DNA of 64,000 bases from Candidatus Aenigmatarchaeota archaeon (GCA_038999725.1 JAWBWS010000001.1:129711-193710), one strand, 5' to 3'; shown: positions 9,353-18,867, numbered from the stretch's first letter. Program-made: numbers and translations. The notes: generated from the sequence alone by a model not told the origin.

Positions 9353-9438
9353 GCGGGGGTCGCGTAGCCTGGTCAATCGCGCGAGGTTCAGAACCTCGTG
9401 GCTTAGTGCCTTCGTGGGTTCGAATCCCACCTCCCGCA
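9353..9438 (+). tRNA. tRNA-Leu (anticodon CAG), type II with a long variable arm, no intron
   Basis: Acceptor GCGGGGG/CUCCCGC. Anticodon stem CGAGG/CCUCG with loop UUCAGAA. Variable-arm hairpin GGC-UUAGU-GCC. T-arm GUGGG-UUCGAAU-CCCAC. Discriminator A. 86 nt. Confidence 0.85.
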
Positions 9439-9533
9439 TGATTTAAATGTTAATTAATTTTAATCAAAACCTGCAATCCGAAACTATTTGCGAATAAATA
9501 TTAATCTTCAATAGCTAAGTTTAATTAGAGGTT

Positions 9534-10271
9534 ATGGCAACTATCATCAAAACTAGTAAGAAGATAAAAAAAGTTTATAGGGATAAGGGAATAAATGAAA
9601 AAATGTTAGAAAGTGTTGAGAAAGCATTATACTCTATTGATGGTGAAAACTACAGAAGTAAAATTTTGAAAATTACAGATGTGTTGAAAAGACGATTTGA
9701 AAAAAATGTAATTGATGAAGAAAAGTTGTATGTTGAATTTTTAAAGATATCTTATGGGGAAAATTGGCAAGCAGTATCAAAAGGATTAAGGCAGTATGGT
9801 AAGGGATTCTCACTCATCAATAAGGATGATCTCCCGATATTTCTAAATGTACTTTCAGATGAAATAGGTTATTGGGGAATAGAAATTGCTTCTCTTCTGA
9901 CCTATGGTCCCCTTGATATATTAGAAATTGCTAAAACATTTAATGTAAAAGTAGATAAAGTACGAAGAATTCTGCACAAATTAGTTTCTATTGGTGTAGT
10001 AGCGTATAAGAGTAAAGGAATACATGAAATTTATTCGCTTAATGAGTTGAACTTCAAACATTTGATTGAAAAACAAAAGAAGAAAATTGTGGAGAGAATA
10101 AATAATTTTATCGAAGAAGAAGAAAATTTAAATGTTGTTTGTAATTGTGGTTTTAGAACAACATTTGAAGAAGCCATTGATATGGGGTTCCGTTGCCTAA
10201 ACTGTAAACGTATAATGGATTTAAAGAAAAATCATCAAATTCTTGATACTGATGTAGTTTTAGCTATGTAG
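9534..10271 (+). CDS. Winged-helix plus C-terminal C4 zinc-ribbon protein, possibly TFE-alpha-like transcription factor
   Basis: The central segment looks like a wHTH (IAKTFNVKVDKVRRILHKLVSIGVV). The C-terminus reads CNCG...CLNCKR. An SD AGAGGT and a TATA-like box lie upstream. Confidence 0.35.
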   Translation: MATIIKTSKKIKKVYRDKGINEKMLESVEKALYSIDGENYRSKILKITDVLKRRFEKNVIDEEKLYVEFLKISYGENWQAVSKGLRQYGKGFSLINKDDLPIFLNVLSDEIGYWGIEIASLLTYGPLDILEIAKTFNVKVDKVRRILHKLVSIGVVAYKSKGIHEIYSLNELNFKHLIEKQKKKIVERINNFIEEEENLNVVCNCGFRTTFEEAIDMGFRCLNCKRIMDLKKNHQILDTDVVLAM

Positions 10272-10529
10272 GTTACAAAATTGACATTTTCATGAAAAGC
10301 TTTAAATATCAATATAACCTAGTTATTTTAGGGTGTAAGAAGTGGGCGATGGTTTTTGCATTGATTAAAACTTTTTCCACTTTGAAAAATAGAATTCCAA
10401 ATCCTATTAACCCCATGAAATTTTACATATCAAATTTTTTAAGAACCAATAGGAGGAATGTTAACATCAAAGTGTCTCGATATTTTTCTTGCTCTAAAAA
10501 CAAACCTAAAATAGAGTTAAAGTTACTAA

Positions 10530-10634
10530 GCCAGGGTGGCAGAATCAGGCTATGCAGTTCAGTTCAAATGAGTAGAATGGCCTGCAGAAGTTTGTTGGTA
10601 GCCACCTATGCGGGTTCAAATCCCGCCCCTGGCT
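10530..10634 (+). tRNA. Atypical intron-containing tRNA gene, isotype unresolved
   Basis: Acceptor GCCAGGG/CCCUGGC is perfect, with discriminator U. The T-arm GCGGG-UUCAAAU-CCCGC is canonical. 105 nt separate the acceptor halves, so there are at least 30 nt of intron. An UUCAG loop flanked by UGCAG/CUGCA is present. D-arm and anticodon arm cannot both be folded canonically. Confidence 0.55.
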
Positions 10635-10647
10635 CTTGGTGAGAGAA

Positions 10648-12057
10648 ATGCTTAAAGTCTTCAACACTCTCACAAGAAAAAAAGAGGTTTTCAGGCCCTT
10701 AGAGGACAAAAAGGTCAAGATGTTTGTTTGTGGTCCTACTGTTTATGATCTCTCTCATCTGGGACATGCAAAGACTTACATTCAGTTTGATGTAATAGCA
10801 AGATATCTAAGGTTTAAAGGATACAAGGTTTTCTATCTCCAAAACATCACAGATTTAGATGATAAAATTATTGAGCGTGCAAAAAGGGAGGGTGTAGACC
10901 CACAAACCATAGCAAGAAAGTTTGAAGAAGAATACCACAAAGACATGAAAGCTTTGAATGTTATTTCGGTAGACAAACATGCTCGTGCTACTGACTACAT
11001 AAAAGAAATAATAAGTCAGGTTGAAAGATTGCTCAAAAAAGGATTTGCCTATGAGATAGAAGATGGAATTTACTATGATATAACAAAATTTGAAGAATAT
11101 GGAAAGCTTTCAAGAAGAACTGCTTTAGAAGCTGAAGATGCTGTATCAAGGATTGATGAAAGTGTAAATAAAAGAAATAAAGGAGATTTTTGTTTGTGGA
11201 AGAGATCTAAGCTAGATGAACCAAAATGGTCTTCTCCTTGGTTTGAAGGTAGACCTGGATGGCATATAGAAGATACAGCAATTACAGAAGCTCATTTTGG
11301 CCCTCAATATGACATTCATGGTGGTGCAAGGGACTTAATTTTCCCTCACCATGAAGCAGAAATCGCTCAAATGGAAGCTATCTCTGGTAAAAAACCTTTT
11401 GTGAAGTATTGGCTACATACAGGCTTTCTCACAGTCAATGGAAGAAAAATGTCTAAATCCTTAGGAAATTTTGTGACCATAAGAGATGTTTTAAAGAAAT
11501 ATGATGCCGAAGTTATAAGACTCTTCTTCGTTTCTTCTCATTACAGAAGTCCTATAGACTACAGTGAGAAGAAATTAGAGCAAATGAAAAAAAATCTTGA
11601 AAAATTGTATACTACTTTACAAAACCTCCAAGAAGCCAAAAAAAGAAGAGAAAAAACAAAAACTGAGAAAGAGTTTGAAAAATTTTTAAAGAAATGTGAG
11701 AAAGAGTTTGAAAAATTCATGGATGATGATTTCAACACACCAAAAGCACTTCTTTCTTTATATCAACTTTCTAACAAAACTAACAGTCTACTCGATAAAC
11801 AAAATAATGAAATAAATGAAAGACTCGCAGAAAAAATAACTGAAACTTTCAGAAAGCTTGGTTACATTTTCGGCATACTGCAAAAAGAGGTGAAGAAAGA
11901 GAAAGTTCCAGAAGAAGTTAAAAAGTTGGTTGAAGAAAGAGAAAAATTGAGGAAGATGGGTGAATTTGAAAAGGCTGATGCCTTGAGAGAAAAGATAAAA
12001 TCTTTGGGTTACCTAGTTGAGGACACAAAAGATGGACCAAAGTTAAAGAAAGCTTAG
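10648..12057 (+). CDS. cysS: Cysteinyl-tRNA synthetase
   Basis: HIGH motif HLGHAKTY and KMSKS motif present. Cys-binding region reads CLWKRS...W. SD GGTGAG lies 5 nt upstream of the ATG. The ORF-track start at 10636 is a TTG, probably not used. Confidence 0.9.
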   Translation: MLKVFNTLTRKKEVFRPLEDKKVKMFVCGPTVYDLSHLGHAKTYIQFDVIARYLRFKGYKVFYLQNITDLDDKIIERAKREGVDPQTIARKFEEEYHKDMKALNVISVDKHARATDYIKEIISQVERLLKKGFAYEIEDGIYYDITKFEEYGKLSRRTALEAEDAVSRIDESVNKRNKGDFCLWKRSKLDEPKWSSPWFEGRPGWHIEDTAITEAHFGPQYDIHGGARDLIFPHHEAEIAQMEAISGKKPFVKYWLHTGFLTVNGRKMSKSLGNFVTIRDVLKKYDAEVIRLFFVSSHYRSPIDYSEKKLEQMKKNLEKLYTTLQNLQEAKKRREKTKTEKEFEKFLKKCEKEFEKFMDDDFNTPKALLSLYQLSNKTNSLLDKQNNEINERLAEKITETFRKLGYIFGILQKEVKKEKVPEEVKKLVEEREKLRKMGEFEKADALREKIKSLGYLVEDTKDGPKLKKA

Positions 12058-12611
12058 TATTGAATCCCTTTTGTTGTCACAAGTTCTTTCGGAGATTTCA
12101 CTTCAATTATCTCATTGACAAAATCTGCCCTATCTATAAGCTCTTTTGGCGCATACCTTCCAGTTAAAACAACCTGAGTTCTTTTTGGAACTTTTTCCAA
12201 AAGCTCAAGAACTTCTTCTACCTTCAAAAGACCTAAATACACTGCCAAGTTTATTTCATCCAAGACTAAAAGATGGGGTTTCTCCTCAATCATTTTCTTC
12301 TCTGCAAACTTAAGGGCTCTCTTCGCAAGCTCTTTATCTAACTCCTCCACCGATCTTACCTTGAATTTCATTCCTCTATATTTTACTTCATGTTTCCCAT
12401 CAACTTTAAGCCAACCTGGTCTTCCAAACTGATAAATTTTGTAGTATCGCTTAAGCATATTTCTTATTCTATACTCACCTATATTCTTCCACCACTTCAG
12501 GAATTGGATTATAATAACTTTCTGTCTATGACCAACTGCCCTTAAAGCAAGACCAAGAGCATTCGTTGTTTTACCGGCACCAGTTCCTGTGTAAAGATAA
12601 ATGTAACCCAT
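12054..12611 (-). CDS. cobO: ATP:cob(I)alamin adenosyltransferase, CobO/CobA/BtuR family (internal Met start chosen)
   Basis: P-loop YTGTGAGKTTNALGLALRAVGH followed by the QFLKW and LVLDEI motifs typical of CobO/BtuR. Confidence 0.6.
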   Translation of the reverse strand: MGYIYLYTGTGAGKTTNALGLALRAVGHRQKVIIIQFLKWWKNIGEYRIRNMLKRYYKIYQFGRPGWLKVDGKHEVKYRGMKFKVRSVEELDKELAKRALKFAEKKMIEEKPHLLVLDEINLAVYLGLLKVEEVLELLEKVPKRTQVVLTGRYAPKELIDRADFVNEIIEVKSPKELVTTKGIQY

Positions 12612-12619
12612 ACTTTCAC

Positions 12620-15214
12620 TCAAGATATTACACAAGTACTCCATCCACAATCAAGACATTTTATACACCCACTTTCTTCAACTATCCTTGAAGAGCCACA
12701 CTCAGGGCAAATGTCCCCCCTAAACTCTTTTATTTTCTTAGGACCCTCTTCAGTATTGTTCCAAAAATCATAAACCTCTATTCCAAAATTTTTCAAAATT
12801 TCTAAGGTTTTGTTTTTTATGAGTTTTATGACTTCTTTTTGTCTATTCTTAACTTCAGAAGGTGGAGAATAAAGAACTTGTCTTGTTTTTGAACCATCTC
12901 TATAGATAGTTATCCCTTTACATCCAAGTTTATAGGCAAATAAAAATGCATTTTTAACATCATCTGGAATTACCCAATTTGGCATGTTTATTGTTTTACT
13001 TGTAGCTGCACAAACCCATTTAGTTATTTCGGCTTGAGCCCTCACATGATCCCACCAAGGTATGTCTAATGCTGTGACAAAAACTTTTCTTAGCTCTTCT
13101 GGAATTTCAGCCAAACCTTGGATACTCCCACCATTTTCTTTAATTTTCTTCAAAATGTAATCTTCATACAAACCCATAAGTTTTAATTGTCTTTCAAACT
13201 CTACATCGGTATAATAAAAGCTCCCTATCGTGACAATTTTTTCAAAAACCAAAGCATATTGAGGCTCTATACCAGAAGACACATCACAAAGCATTGATAA
13301 ACTACCTGTCGGGGCAATTGTCGTAACTTCAGCATTTCTTATCCCATTCTCTTTAATCATCTCAACAACTTTATTCCAATCTTGAGTCCAGATGTTTCTT
13401 TGATAAAAACCTTCTATTGGCATTTCGTCTGGATAACTTGATTGAGAAAAGAGTGGGAAAACTCCTCTTTCTTTTGCTAACTCACTTGATCTCAACATAG
13501 CATTGAAAGTTATGAATTCCATCACTCTGCTCATCATTTCAAAACCTTCTTCAGAGTTATAAGGTATTTTAAGTGCAAACAACATATCAGCAAGCCCCAT
13601 AATACCTAAGCCTATTTTTCTACTCGCTTTAGTCTCTTTCTCTATTTTTTCAAGTGGGAACTTATTCACATCTATAACATTATCTAAAAATTGAATCGCT
13701 ATTCTTATGGTTTTCTTCAACTCATCCCAATCAAGAGTTCTGTTTCCCTCTCCATCATCCTTCAAGTGAGCATATAAGTTGATTGAACCTAAGTTACAAG
13801 ATTCATAACTGTACAAAGGTTCTTCTCCACAAGGGTTGGTTGATCTTATTGGTCCTTTTGATTTTAACAAAACATTTCTTCTGTTCAAATTATCGAAAAA
13901 TATCATTCCTGGGTCACCTGTCTTCCATGCATTCATTGCTATTACATTCATGAGATGTCTTGCTTTAACTTTCTTCCAAACTTTTCCTGTTCTTGGGTTA
14001 ACCAGTTCATAAGTTCCATCTTCTTCATAGGCTTTCATGAATTCCGGATAAACTAGAACTGAAATGTTAAAATTCTCTAACACACCTGCGGTTTCTTTTA
14101 CAGAAATGAATTTTTCTACATCAGGATGGTTTATATCAAGAATTCCCATACACGCTCCTCTTCTTTTACCACCTTGTTTTATAACATCTGTGATTGTATC
14201 AATGATTTTCATAAAACTGATTGGGCCACTAGCTATTCCACCAGTAGAAGATACCACATCTCCCTCTGGCCTTAATTTAGACCAGTTTACACCTATCCCT
14301 CCACCAGATTGGAAGATGAGAGCCGCCTCTTTAGCTGTCTCCATTATCGACCTCATATCATCATTAACATCCAAAACAAAACAAGCTGATAGTTGTGAAA
14401 GTCTTGTACCAGCATTGAAAAGGGTTGGTGAATTTGGCAAGAATTTTTTACTTGTCATCAATTCATAGTAGCTTATGTAATTTTGATAATAAGTTTCGAA
14501 ATCTTTTTTCTCAATCATCTCAAGAAGTTTTGACCAGGTGACTTTCATTTTACCTTCCCTATTTAACTCTTCGTATAAATTTTTCATCCTCTCAAGATGC
14601 CATCTATTCCATTTAAGCTCACCAATACCAATTTTCCCTTCATATACTTGTGGGTCGAAATCTTCTATAGGCTTAACCTCTTGTCCACCACTTACATCAA
14701 AAACTTTTGGATCGTGTAATATGTCTGGTATAACTATTAGGGCAGCAACCCTTTGGAAAAGTTGTTTTGGTGATTCCACTATCCTGCCCTCTTCATCCCT
14801 AAGTAAATACCTGGAAGCCAAGATTTGAATTGCATTCAAAGAAAAAGCTTTATCAACTTCATCAACGAAATCTTTTTGCAAAATCTTTTTCTTTTCTTCC
14901 CTTATCAAAGTTTTTTCTTTCCTGTACAAGATATAGGCCTTGGCTGTTTTATAATGACCATGCTCAACTAAAACTTTTTCGACCAAATCCTGAACTTGTT
15001 CAACTGTAGGAATTTCTCCAGGTTTAAGTTGAGCTTTCAAGAGTTCTACAACCTTATCAGCAAGAAAGTAAGCCCTTTGTTTATCTTTGCCACCAACAGC
15101 CTGTGCCGCTTTCCAAATGGCTTCTGCAATTTTTATTTTATCAAAATCAACTACCCTTCCATCTCTTTTAATTATTTTAGAAATCTGAACCTCATTGGTT
15201 TTTTCCTCGCCCAT
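12620..15214 (-). CDS. nrdJ: Class II (adenosylcobalamin-dependent) ribonucleoside-triphosphate/diphosphate reductase with an N-terminal ATP-cone and C-terminal Zn ribbon
   Basis: N-terminal ATP-cone (KIIKRDGRVVDFDKIKIAEAI). Catalytic core motifs SCNLGSINL and PCGE. C-terminal CPECGS...CIKCLDCG. SD GGTGAA precedes the ATG. Confidence 0.85.
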   Translation of the reverse strand: MGEEKTNEVQISKIIKRDGRVVDFDKIKIAEAIWKAAQAVGGKDKQRAYFLADKVVELLKAQLKPGEIPTVEQVQDLVEKVLVEHGHYKTAKAYILYRKEKTLIREEKKKILQKDFVDEVDKAFSLNAIQILASRYLLRDEEGRIVESPKQLFQRVAALIVIPDILHDPKVFDVSGGQEVKPIEDFDPQVYEGKIGIGELKWNRWHLERMKNLYEELNREGKMKVTWSKLLEMIEKKDFETYYQNYISYYELMTSKKFLPNSPTLFNAGTRLSQLSACFVLDVNDDMRSIMETAKEAALIFQSGGGIGVNWSKLRPEGDVVSSTGGIASGPISFMKIIDTITDVIKQGGKRRGACMGILDINHPDVEKFISVKETAGVLENFNISVLVYPEFMKAYEEDGTYELVNPRTGKVWKKVKARHLMNVIAMNAWKTGDPGMIFFDNLNRRNVLLKSKGPIRSTNPCGEEPLYSYESCNLGSINLYAHLKDDGEGNRTLDWDELKKTIRIAIQFLDNVIDVNKFPLEKIEKETKASRKIGLGIMGLADMLFALKIPYNSEEGFEMMSRVMEFITFNAMLRSSELAKERGVFPLFSQSSYPDEMPIEGFYQRNIWTQDWNKVVEMIKENGIRNAEVTTIAPTGSLSMLCDVSSGIEPQYALVFEKIVTIGSFYYTDVEFERQLKLMGLYEDYILKKIKENGGSIQGLAEIPEELRKVFVTALDIPWWDHVRAQAEITKWVCAATSKTINMPNWVIPDDVKNAFLFAYKLGCKGITIYRDGSKTRQVLYSPPSEVKNRQKEVIKLIKNKTLEILKNFGIEVYDFWNNTEEGPKKIKEFRGDICPECGSSRIVEESGCIKCLDCGWSTCVIS

Positions 15215-15320
15215 TCAATTCACCGAGAAGCTAAATTTAAAATAAATTATCCTTCAAATATCCATTTCTCTATTGCAGAATTTATATCTAAAAATACAAA
15301 TTTTTTTAAAAGTGAGAAAA

Positions 15321-16478
15321 ATGGATTTGTATTTTATTTCAGTTTTGATTTTTCTTTCAGTTTTGGTAATTTTAATCTATAGAGATAGGAAGAACATAGA
15401 ATTTAACCACATCATCTTGATAAGAAGAACAAAAACTGGAATTAAAATTCTAGACAAATTGGCAAAACCCAAATTTTTTTGGAAATTTCTGGGAACTTTT
15501 GGTATTGTTGTTGTGTTTTTCTTGATGTTCAATGGACTTGCAAGTCTAATTGAATATGGCAAACTTTTGTTATCGGGAGAAGTGAAGACACCTGGGCTAA
15601 GTTTTGTTTTTCCTTCAATAAAATCAGAAGTTGAAGCTGGTCCCGGATATTTGTTGCTACCATTTTGGTTTTGGTTTATAATCATAATTTCTGTGATAGT
15701 GCCTCATGAATTGTTACATGGAATTATGAGTAGAGTAGAAAAAATAAGAGTAAAAAGCGTCGGCCTTTTATTATTAATTGTTTTGCCTGGTGCTTTTGTC
15801 GAGCCAGATGAAAAACAATTGAAAAGAGCAAAATTTATCTCTAAACTCAGAGTTTTTGCTTCTGGTAGTTTAGCGAACTTTATTGTTTATTTGATCGTCT
15901 TCAATCTCACCTCCAATCTTATATGGCCATACCTTTTTCCTGGGCCGATAGTTTTAAAAGAGGTAAACGCCAGTAGCCCCGCTGCCCAAGCTGGTTTAAA
16001 GCCTGGCATGATAATAAGTGAGATAAATTGTAAGCCTGTGAAACTAACTTATGAAGAATATTTAATTGGATCTAAATATCTTTTAGAAGAAACAAGGGGT
16101 GTAAAACCTGGGGATGAAATCAGCGTCATAGCCAATGGTACAGAATTTAAGATTAAGGTTGGTTCTAACCCTGAGAATGAAGCTCTCCCTTATTTTGGAA
16201 TAATTTATTCTCCAATCACAAAGAATGAAAAAATGTTTCCAACTTTTCTCCTCCAATTACTTACTTGGATGTGGATTATAAACTATGCTGTCTCTGTTTT
16301 TAACATATTGCCCATATATCCTTTAGATGGTGGGATGGTCGTCCAAACAATTGCAGAAAAAATTAATAAAAAACATGTGAAAGGAATAACTTTTGCGATA
16401 ACAATAACGACTTTAACAATACTGCTATTTACTTTCATTGCTCCATTTCTTTTACAGATAATCTCTCTATCTTCCTAA
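15321..16478 (+). CDS. Site-2 protease (M50 family zinc metalloprotease, RseP-like) with a PDZ domain
   Basis: HELLHG (HExxH) within a TM helix. LDGG motif (NILPIYPLDGG). PDZ-like segment reads SPAAQAGLKPGMIISEINCKPV. SD GTGAG precedes the ATG at 15321. Confidence 0.7.
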   Translation: MDLYFISVLIFLSVLVILIYRDRKNIEFNHIILIRRTKTGIKILDKLAKPKFFWKFLGTFGIVVVFFLMFNGLASLIEYGKLLLSGEVKTPGLSFVFPSIKSEVEAGPGYLLLPFWFWFIIIISVIVPHELLHGIMSRVEKIRVKSVGLLLLIVLPGAFVEPDEKQLKRAKFISKLRVFASGSLANFIVYLIVFNLTSNLIWPYLFPGPIVLKEVNASSPAAQAGLKPGMIISEINCKPVKLTYEEYLIGSKYLLEETRGVKPGDEISVIANGTEFKIKVGSNPENEALPYFGIIYSPITKNEKMFPTFLLQLLTWMWIINYAVSVFNILPIYPLDGGMVVQTIAEKINKKHVKGITFAITITTLTILLFTFIAPFLLQIISLSS

Positions 16479-17019
16479 TTTCAAAATTTTTCACAGGATA
16501 AATTTTTTTCACTTCAGCTATTATCCTCATCTTTATTTCATCTGAAATTAAACTTCTTACAAAATCATCTAAATTCATACCCTCAATCTCTCTCTTGATC
16601 ACCTCTTCTATTTTTTTGTGAATATTTTTTTGGACACTGCTTTTAGCTTTTCTTGAAACCACACATAAACTTTTTATTCTCAGTTTTACTTTATCCTTTG
16701 TCACAACATCTTGTATTACATCTATTCTTCTAACCCTTCTTACAACCATTCTCGAGATATAATCTTGAGTACATTCTGTGCCGTAAAATTCGGTAAACGC
16801 TTTATTACCTTCAACTCTGTTTATCCTGAATAAAATTTTTAAATAATATTTGTTCATATTGTCTGAAACTTCTAGCGCATTTATAATAATTTTTCTACCT
16901 ATGAGCAAATTCGGATCACTAACAAATGTTACACCTATTTCTTTCTCACCAAAAATTTTTGGTAAAATTATTGTATAAGTTTCCTTTGTTTTAGCTTTCT
17001 TTTTTACCAAACATCTCAC
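16435..17019 (-). CDS. rps3ae: 30S ribosomal protein S3Ae (eS1)
   Basis: The N-terminal KKKAKTKETYTIILPKIFGEK and the C-terminal IKMRIIAEVKKIYPVKNFEIRKIE resemble eS1. Confidence 0.55.
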   Translation of the reverse strand: MRCLVKKKAKTKETYTIILPKIFGEKEIGVTFVSDPNLLIGRKIIINALEVSDNMNKYYLKILFRINRVEGNKAFTEFYGTECTQDYISRMVVRRVRRIDVIQDVVTKDKVKLRIKSLCVVSRKAKSSVQKNIHKKIEEVIKREIEGMNLDDFVRSLISDEIKMRIIAEVKKIYPVKNFEIRKIERLSVKEMEQ

Positions 17020-18364
17020 CCAATTTTTTATCTATAATATTAACAAAATCGTCTTGTAAGTTTTTATCTATTAATGCTCCTGCTGCATGGGCATGTCCAC
17101 CTGCTTCACCCTTAAGTAATTTTGCTACATAACATAAAACCTCTCTCAAGTTTATATCAACATCTTTAGGCGCCCTAGCAGAAATTTTAATAGCACCATC
17201 ATCTGTTTCTGCAATCCCAAAAACAGGGTTTTTGTTGTTAAAAATATTTGAACTCAAAGCAATTGATGTTATCGTTCCAATCAAAGTGTCTTTAATCTTC
17301 TTTCCTGCTGAGATGAAATTAGCATTTTGTGTTGAAAAAATTATGTTACCCTCCCTCAAAAGTTTTATACTTTCGTTTATCTCTCTTCTGTATTCCTCCA
17401 TTATTTCCCACACTTTGGTAATATTTGAATCTCCTAGACATAAGCTTATTCCAATATCAACATTGCCTGTTCTTCCACAAGCATTTAATATAGTTGCAAA
17501 CTCTCTTGCATCTTGTAGCTCTTCTTCTCTGTCTAAGAGAGTATAAATTTCGCCAAATATATCAATAGCATTTGGTTGTGAAAATTTAAGCCTCTCCAAA
17601 ATTATTGCTGAAGCTAGTTTTTGTTGCTCTTCTATAGTCAAATCTTTGAGTTTCTTCCACTCATTATTTTCTTTAACAGGAATGTTAAGCTCGGATAGAA
17701 ATTGAACTGCTTGTGATTCAGAACCACTTATTCCAGGAATAAATGGATCAAAGCTGTATTCTAAACACTTATGAATCGGTCTTATATTTCTACCATAAAG
17801 TCTTATGCCCTTGCTCACAACAATCTTACCAAGAATTTCGGCTTCCTCCAAAATTTTTCTAGCCATACCTTTTAATTTCCAACCTTCATCTTGTTCATCA
17901 CCAAGTGCACCAACTATTGCCAAATCTATTAAGTCTGTGTTTTGAAATGAAATGTTTTTTGCAAACAAGTAGCAAATTATGGATGACGAAACTTCTTCCT
18001 CATTAAACAAGAGTGGATTAAGATGAAAAAGATTAGCAGTATGAAAATCTTCTGGTTCATGATGATCCAAAATAAATACTTGTGTCTTTTTTAAAATTTC
18101 TTTCAAAAAAGTAACTTGTCCACTTCCTAAATCTGTAAAAATAAAAACATCTTCACCTCTAACTTTAATTTTTTCTATAATATTTTGTGTTAACTGTTTC
18201 ACGATTCTCAACTCAAAATTCTGTCCACTCCTCAACAACATTTTCGAAACTATGGCAGCACTTACCAAACCGTCTGCATCTAGATGAGAAAATATCTTTA
18301 CCACTTTTTGATTAACTATAGACTTAAAAATCTTGGATGCTCTCTCAATTTCTTCTAGGAACAA
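16991..18364 (-). CDS. DHH-family phosphoesterase, archaeal RecJ/Cdc45 (GAN)-like
   Basis: DHH motif region (FSHLDADGLVSAAI, LDHHEPE). DHHA1 GGH motif (GGHAHAAGA). Confidence 0.6.
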   Translation of the reverse strand: MFLEEIERASKIFKSIVNQKVVKIFSHLDADGLVSAAIVSKMLLRSGQNFELRIVKQLTQNIIEKIKVRGEDVFIFTDLGSGQVTFLKEILKKTQVFILDHHEPEDFHTANLFHLNPLLFNEEEVSSSIICYLFAKNISFQNTDLIDLAIVGALGDEQDEGWKLKGMARKILEEAEILGKIVVSKGIRLYGRNIRPIHKCLEYSFDPFIPGISGSESQAVQFLSELNIPVKENNEWKKLKDLTIEEQQKLASAIILERLKFSQPNAIDIFGEIYTLLDREEELQDAREFATILNACGRTGNVDIGISLCLGDSNITKVWEIMEEYRREINESIKLLREGNIIFSTQNANFISAGKKIKDTLIGTITSIALSSNIFNNKNPVFGIAETDDGAIKISARAPKDVDINLREVLCYVAKLLKGEAGGHAHAAGALIDKNLQDDFVNIIDKKLGEMFGKKES

Positions 18365-18368
18365 GTTA

Positions 18369-18827
18369 TCACTTTTGTACTATTAGTCTTGCTTTCTCTG
18401 GAGAGTATTCCCAATCTTTGGGTAACATTCCTCTCTTAGAATAATATTTTCCAAGCCTTTTTATCTTAGATTCTAAATTTTGGAGCCCCCTTAAAGAATG
18501 TTTATCTTTTTTATGTTTTTCTAGATGAGCTCTCAAATTTACAGCTTTTCTCAACAAATTCATTAAATCTTCCGGAATTTCTGGATAAACCCCCCTTTCC
18601 TTCATTATCTCAGATATATCTTTACCCACAATTGTTTTAACATCTGGAATTCCATATTGATCGCGCAAAATCATTCCTATTTGAGCTGAAGTTAATCTTT
18701 GTTTTGCAAGTTTTTCTATTAAATCCTCTATCTCTTCTTTCTTCAACTTCACCCATTTTGGCACAATTTTAACAGGAGGTTTATGGCTACCTGCTCTTCC
18801 TCTTTTCCCAGAATACATCCTCGCCAT
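18369..18827 (-). CDS. rps15: 30S ribosomal protein S15 (uS15)
   Basis: [17 protein letters not shown]...[19 protein letters not shown] is characteristic of archaeal S15/S13e. Confidence 0.8.
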   Translation of the reverse strand: MARMYSGKRGRAGSHKPPVKIVPKWVKLKKEEIEDLIEKLAKQRLTSAQIGMILRDQYGIPDVKTIVGKDISEIMKERGVYPEIPEDLMNLLRKAVNLRAHLEKHKKDKHSLRGLQNLESKIKRLGKYYSKRGMLPKDWEYSPEKARLIVQK

Positions 18828-18867
18828 TAAAACCACTTAATTTATTTTTTAAATAATATTTATAAAT

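Noticed and set aside
10530-10634. tRNA-Sec interpretation (UCA in a GUUCA-GUUCAAA-UGAGU hairpin)
   Set aside because: The 9/4 or 8/5 acceptor/T-stem geometry required for tRNA-Sec fails, because the eighth acceptor pair is U-C. The hairpin loop is a T-loop-like UUCAAA rather than a credible anticodon loop.
10292-10642. 116-aa ORF on the + strand
   Set aside because: It is composed largely of the tRNA gene at 10530-10634 and its AT-rich leader. Its high-Cys/Arg tail is the translation of GC-rich tRNA sequence. Not coding.
14064-15382. + strand ORFs inside nrdJ (14064..14468, 14538..14828, 14996..15382)
   Set aside because: They overlap the strongly motif-supported class II RNR on the opposite strand. 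No independent signals.
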